This document shows positions 61,915 to 64,000 of a stretch of 64,000 bases of DNA, one piece after another. The stretch spans positions 214,894,001 to 214,958,000 of the forward strand of contig NC_058368.1 in NCBI RefSeq assembly GCF_018350175.1. The letters are read 5' to 3'. The notes under the pieces are model-generated. The model ran no database searches and was not told the origin of the DNA. It saw only the letters and a program-made list of their open reading frames with translations. Origin of the DNA: Felis catus (Eukaryota). The position numbers and the translations under genes were made by a program. Each line of letters starts with the position of its first letter. Positions within the stretch are counted from its first letter, which is position 1.

Positions 61915-63320
61915 TTTTTTAATTAATTAATTTAAGTTAAGGTTAGTTAGCATACAGTGTGGTATTGGTTTCAAGAGTAGACCCCATGATTCATCACTTC
62001 CATAGAACACCCAGTGCTCATCCCAACAAGTGCCCTCCTTAATGCCTATCACCCACTTAGCCCATTTTGCTACCCACCTCTCCTCCCGCAACCCTTAGTT
62101 TGTTCTCTGTGTTTAAAAGTCTCTTACGGTTTGCCTCTCTCTGTTTTTATATTATTTTTCCTTCCCTTTCCCTATGTTCATCTGGTGAAATCATATGAGT
62201 GAAATCATATTATGTTTATCTTTCTCTGAATCATTTATTTCACTTAGCATGATATACTCTAGTTCCATCCATGTTGTTGCAAATGGCAAGATTTCATTCT
62301 TTTTAATTGCTGAGTAATATTCATACACACACCCCCCCCCCCACATCTTCTTTATCCATTTATAAGTCAATGGATATTTGGGTTCTTTCCATACTTTGGC
62401 TATTGTTGATAGCACTGGTATAAACATTGGGGTGCATGTGGCCCTTTGAATCAGCATTTTTGTATTCTTGGGATAAATAGCTAGTAGTGCAATTGCTGGG
62501 TCATAAGCTCGTTCTATTTTTGATTTTTGAGGAATCTCCATACTGTTTTCCACAGTTGTACCAGTTTGCCTTCCCACCGACAGTGCAAAAGTGATCCCCT
62601 TTCTCTGCATCCTCACTAAATCTGACCAGCCATCCTGACAGGTGTGAGGTGGTACCTCATTGTGGTTTTGATTTGTCTTTCTCTGATGATGAGTGATGGT
62701 GAGCATCTTTTCATGTGTCTGTTAGCAATCTGAATGTCTTTTTTGGAAAAGTGTCTATTCATGTGTTCTGCCCATTTCTTTACTGGATTGTTTGTTTTTT
62801 GGGTGTTGAGTTTTAGGTGTTGGGTGTTGGGTTAGATTTTGGGTACTAACCCTTTATCAGATGTGTCATTTGCAAATATCTTCTCCCATTCTGTAGGTTG
62901 CCTAGGTTGATTGTTTCCTTCACTATGCAGAAGGTTTTTATCTTGATGAGGTCCAAATAGTTCTTTTTATTTTTTGCTTTTTATTTTATTTTGCTTTTAT
63001 TTTCCTTGCCGCTGGAGACATGTCTAGTAAGAAGTTGCTGCAGCCGAGGTCAAAGAGGTTGATGCTTGTTTTCTCCTCTAGGATTTTGATGGTTTCCTAT
63101 CTCACATTTAGGTCTTTCATCCATTTTGAATTTATTTTTGTGTATGGTGTAAGAAAGTGGTCCAGGTTCATTCTTCTGCATGTCGCTGTTCAGTTTTCCT
63201 AGGACGATTTGCTGAAGAGATTGTCTTTTTTCCATTTGATACTTTTTCCTGCTTTGTTGAAGATTAGTTGGCTATACACTTGTGGGTCCATTAATAGGTT
63301 CTCTGTTCTTTTCCATGGAA
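61915..63320 (-). mobile_element. 5'-truncated carnivore LINE-1
   Basis: ORF2 C-terminal peptide ([14 protein letters not shown]...EILPFATTWMELE); TSD cctgcttaagt (61903-61913) / cctacttaagt (63323-63333) followed by TTT/AA. Confidence 0.93.
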
Positions 63321-63566
63321 AGCCTACTTAAGTTTTAAGAGAGAGGAAGAATTTTTCTATCTATGGTGTTTTCTCACAATATAGATCTGCTTCTCACTTT
63401 TCTCTTAGATCTGTGCCTGCAAGTGTGATGTGCATGGATAATATCCACAGCCTTCTTTACTTTTTTGGTCAACCAAAGAACCAGCAGGAGACCTGAGGAA
63501 AGGAGGAAGGTAAGTTCAAGGTATTTAATTTAACTTTCCTCTGTGCTAAATTGATCTTTTGAAATA

Positions 63567-63988
63567 TCTTTAGTTTTCTCTTGCTGCTGTAACAAATCAC
63601 CACAAATTTTAGTTGCTTAAAACATACAAATTTGGGGGCACCTGGGTGGCACAGTCGGTTAAGCGTCCGACTTCAGCCAGGTCACAATCTCGCGGGCCGT
63701 GAGTTTGAGCCCCGCGTCAGGCTCTGTCTGGGCTGATGGCTCAGAGCCTGGAGCCTGTTTCCGATTCTGTGTCTCCCTCTCTCTCTGCCCCTCCCCCATT
63801 CATGCTCTGTCTCTCTCTGTCCCAAAAATAAATAAACGTTGAAGGAAAAAAAAATTAAAAAAAAAAAACAACACAAATTTGTTATCTTACCGTTCTTAGG
63901 TCAGAAATCCAATAAAGGTATCATTGGGTACAATAAAAATGTTGGCATGACTGAGTTCCTTTCCAGAGTCTCTAAGAGGAGAATCACT
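63567..63988 (-). mobile_element. MaLR LTR (MLT1C/D-like) interrupted by a SINE
   Basis: ttagttttctcttgctgctgtaacaaatcaccacaaattttagttgcttaaaaca...ttatcttaccgttct...ggtcagaaatcc. Confidence 0.75.
63634..63868 (+). mobile_element. Young SINEC_Fc-type SINE
   Basis: CpG-retaining body with the ggctgatggctcagagcc variant; acatacaaattt / acacaaattt flanks. Confidence 0.94.
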
Positions 63989-64000
63989 TTTTTTTTTTTT

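Overview
AT-rich mammalian genomic DNA, almost certainly felid (cat family), judged from about 22 tRNA-derived CAN-SINEs of the SINEC_Fc type and carnivore-type LINE-1s. I recognise no cellular protein-coding exon, RNA gene, CRISPR array or prokaryotic element. The window reads as intergenic or deep-intronic sequence dominated by transposable elements. Main contents: (A) a relatively young full-length minus-strand L1 (39642-45560) with target-site duplication (TSD), CpG-rich 5'UTR, intact ORF1 and an ORF2 broken by three small frameshifts; (B) an older full-length minus-strand L1 (~26470-33603) with a different, longer 5'UTR carrying a near-consensus CTCF motif; a twin-priming (5'-inverted) L1 at ~21700-23743; several 5'-truncated L1s; ancient L1M, MaLR/ERVL LTR, Tigger2-type and MER58-type relics; and microsatellites. 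I cannot support a claim of a new biological system. The best leads are an ORF0-like antisense ORF in the young L1 5'UTR, the L1-borne CTCF motif, unusual SINE insertion structures (tailless nested SINE, 3'-transduced tag, twin SINEs at near-identical targets) and a few candidate non-coding exons and enhancers. Repeat subfamily names are from pattern recall, not a database search, and boundaries of old elements are approximate.
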